From contig OY969695.1 of NCBI GenBank assembly GCA_963701965.1, positions 5,024,001 through 5,088,000 on the forward strand: a stretch of DNA of 64,000 nucleotides. Reading direction: 5' to 3'. The position numbers and the translations under genes are program-made. This document shows positions 62,145-64,000 of the stretch, piece after piece (the first letter of the stretch is position 1; every line of letters starts with the position of its first letter). Under the pieces are notes generated by a model. It was not told the origin of the DNA and ran no database searches. It worked only from the letters and a program-made list of their open reading frames with translations. This stretch comes from an uncultured Gemmatimonadales bacterium. Lineage in GTDB: Bacteria > Gemmatimonadota > Gemmatimonadetes > Gemmatimonadales > Gemmatimonadaceae.

Positions 62145-63674
62145 CTAGTCCAGGGGAGCGTACTTGTACGCCGCGATGCCGGGAGCCGACACCGTGAAGT
62201 CGAACGGCTGCGACGCGCCCGCCGGCACCTGGACGGGCACATCCTGACTCGCCACGACCTGCCCCGTCTTGTCGAGCATCTGGAATTTGATCGTTTCCGA
62301 CTTGGGCGCCGTCCCGTTGTTCTGCACCGTGCCGGAGACATTCACCTTGTCCCCATCCTTCGCAAACTTCGTGACCTTGAGGACGACCGGCAGGCTCTTG
62401 CCCTTGTTGAAGTAGAGCATCGTCGAGTCGGAATCGGCTTTCCGCGCCGGCAGCAATTTCTCGCCCTTCTCGCCATTGGCCCGCACTTGGTACGCGCCGG
62501 CCAGCAGCTTCCAGTTGTCGCCGTTGTTCGGATCGATGTCCACGAGCCGGCGCGCCAGCGGGAAGAGCTTGTCTGTCTGCTTGCTGTTGAAGTACCCCGC
62601 CGCGACATAGTAGAGCGCGTCGCGGTAGTACGGGTTCAGGGTCAATCCGGCATTGAACAACTTGGTCGCGTCCGAGTCCCGATTGGCACGCGAGGCCGCC
62701 ACGCCTGCCTGGAACAGCTGGAGATCGGTGTACTTGGACGGATTGGTGATCATGTCATTGAAGGCCGCCACGACCGCGGCGGTATCTCCCGACGCCTGCT
62801 GGGCCCGCGTCAGCGCGCCCTTGGCGTCGGTATCGTTCGGATTCATGGCCAGGTACTGCGTCCACGCGTCCGCGGCCTGCTTCCCAAAGTCCTTCTTCTG
62901 GTCACCCGTCGCCTGATCGGCCTGCAGCTGCAGCACGATGCCCAGGTTGTAGAGCGCGCTCTGTTTCGGCTTCGTATAGAGCGTGTCCGTACCGGCGACT
63001 TCGACCGCTTTGCGGAAGTTGGCGACGGTGGCGGCGTTGTCCTTCTGCTTGAGCGCGATCGAAGCCAGAAGATTGTAGGCTTCGGGGCGCACGGGGTCGA
63101 TCTGGGCCGCCCGCTCGGCGAATCCCTTGGCCGAATCCAGCGCATTCGCCTGAAGGGCCCGCGCGCTGCTGTTGTAGAGCGGGACGAATCCTTGCTCCCG
63201 AATGCTATTGGCCACCGCCACGCACGCCGGCTTTTGGGTCGCCAGCAACGTCAGCAGCGTATCCGCGGCCGCCAGCGGGTCGACGGCCACGGACGGGTTG
63301 TCCTTGAACCCGTACGTATCGCGCGGCGCCGACGTGGGCGCGCCCGGCCGCGTGCCCAGGTTGATCAGCCCCTGGGAGATGACGTAGGCCCGTCCGGTCG
63401 GATTGGGGTTCTTGAAGCCGGGGGCCGAGAGCGCGCCAATGGCCTGTTTCCAGTCCTTGCCCTGCTCCGCCGTGTCCGTCTTGGCGTCAGTGGCCTTCTT
63501 CATGTACAGCTGCGCCGAGAACATCTCGGCGGGGCTGTTCACATCGATCTCGCACCCCGGCTTGTCCCCACTTTTTTTGTCTTTGTCTTTCTGGGCGAGG
63601 GCAAGAGACGGGATCGCGATCAAGCACGCAACTCCGCACGCGATTACACAGCGCATCGAGTGGCTCCTGGGCAT
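62145..63674 (-). CDS. Exported TPR-repeat protein with C-terminal Ig-like (FxLYD-type) domain
   Basis: Signal peptide; ALYNLG, LNPYYRDALY, DPNN TPR motifs; SGTVQNNG...FQMLDKTG. Confidence 0.75.
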   Translation of the reverse strand: MPRSHSMRCVIACGVACLIAIPSLALAQKDKDKKSGDKPGCEIDVNSPAEMFSAQLYMKKATDAKTDTAEQGKDWKQAIGALSAPGFKNPNPTGRAYVISQGLINLGTRPGAPTSAPRDTYGFKDNPSVAVDPLAAADTLLTLLATQKPACVAVANSIREQGFVPLYNSSARALQANALDSAKGFAERAAQIDPVRPEAYNLLASIALKQKDNAATVANFRKAVEVAGTDTLYTKPKQSALYNLGIVLQLQADQATGDQKKDFGKQAADAWTQYLAMNPNDTDAKGALTRAQQASGDTAAVVAAFNDMITNPSKYTDLQLFQAGVAASRANRDSDATKLFNAGLTLNPYYRDALYYVAAGYFNSKQTDKLFPLARRLVDIDPNNGDNWKLLAGAYQVRANGEKGEKLLPARKADSDSTMLYFNKGKSLPVVLKVTKFAKDGDKVNVSGTVQNNGTAPKSETIKFQMLDKTGQVVASQDVPVQVPAGASQPFDFTVSAPGIAAYKYAPLD

Positions 63675-64000
63675 TAGGATGGGTCGGCGGCGGCGCGCCG
63701 AGCGGCCTCCGCCGCGAGGGAAAATATATCGCGCACCGGTCGGCCTGTCGCCTCCGCGACACGGTGCACGTCACTATGCTCCGGCTTGGCGCGGGTCGCG
63801 CCATCGGGCAATGTGGCGATCTTGACGGCGATCCGGTGTCCATCGACATCCACGGACACCGTGTGGCGCGGGAGGGCGCTCCGTTCCACGGCGGTACGGC
63901 GACAACCGAGTGTGGTACTCTCCGCGAGCAAGAGTGTTTCCAGCCGGTCGGCCACGGGGGGATGCGCGAGAATCTCGATACGCGTCCCGGGCCGGCCTTT
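63674..64000 (-). CDS. larC: Nickel-pincer cofactor biosynthesis protein LarC, C-terminal part (runs off window end)
   Basis: KGRPG...ESTTLGCR...KPEHSDV...ATGRP. Confidence 0.85.
   Translation of the reverse strand, partial: KGRPGTRIEILAHPPVADRLETLLLAESTTLGCRRTAVERSALPRHTVSVDVDGHRIAVKIATLPDGATRAKPEHSDVHRVAEATGRPVRDIFSLAAEAARRAAADPS

Overview
High-GC bacterial chromosomal segment; gene content and order suggest Gemmatimonadota (inference, not searched). From 1 to 34.7 kb almost all genes are + strand housekeeping: sucD-ndk, rpmF-plsX-fab, futalosine mqnE/A/C, ispF, xerD, kds/pyrG/lptCAB, rpoN, an envelope glycosylation locus and dapF. From 38.8 to 64 kb almost all genes are - strand: ABC binding protein, Bat/MoxR cluster, apt, pcm, surE, gpsA, plsY, der, larC. 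The two arms converge on a clear 28-bp dif site at 35628-35655, so this is most likely the replication terminus. Next to dif lie an orphan gene with two Ner/SfsB-like HTH repeats and clusters of DnaA-box-like 9-mers; a phased triplet of such boxes lies at about 47.9 kb. Exported proteins are visibly enriched in the Bacteroidota O-glycosylation sequon D-(S/T)-(A/I/L/M/T/V), and a polyprenol-P-mannose synthase plus YfhO GT-C locus is nearby, making a candidate general protein O-glycosylation system. Also present are a 3.5-kb decayed island in tRNA-Arg(CCT) and two type II TA modules. Several single-base frameshifts, including one in rpoN, look like sequencing or assembly indels. No CRISPR array or rRNA was seen. 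All family assignments come from motif recognition by eye.
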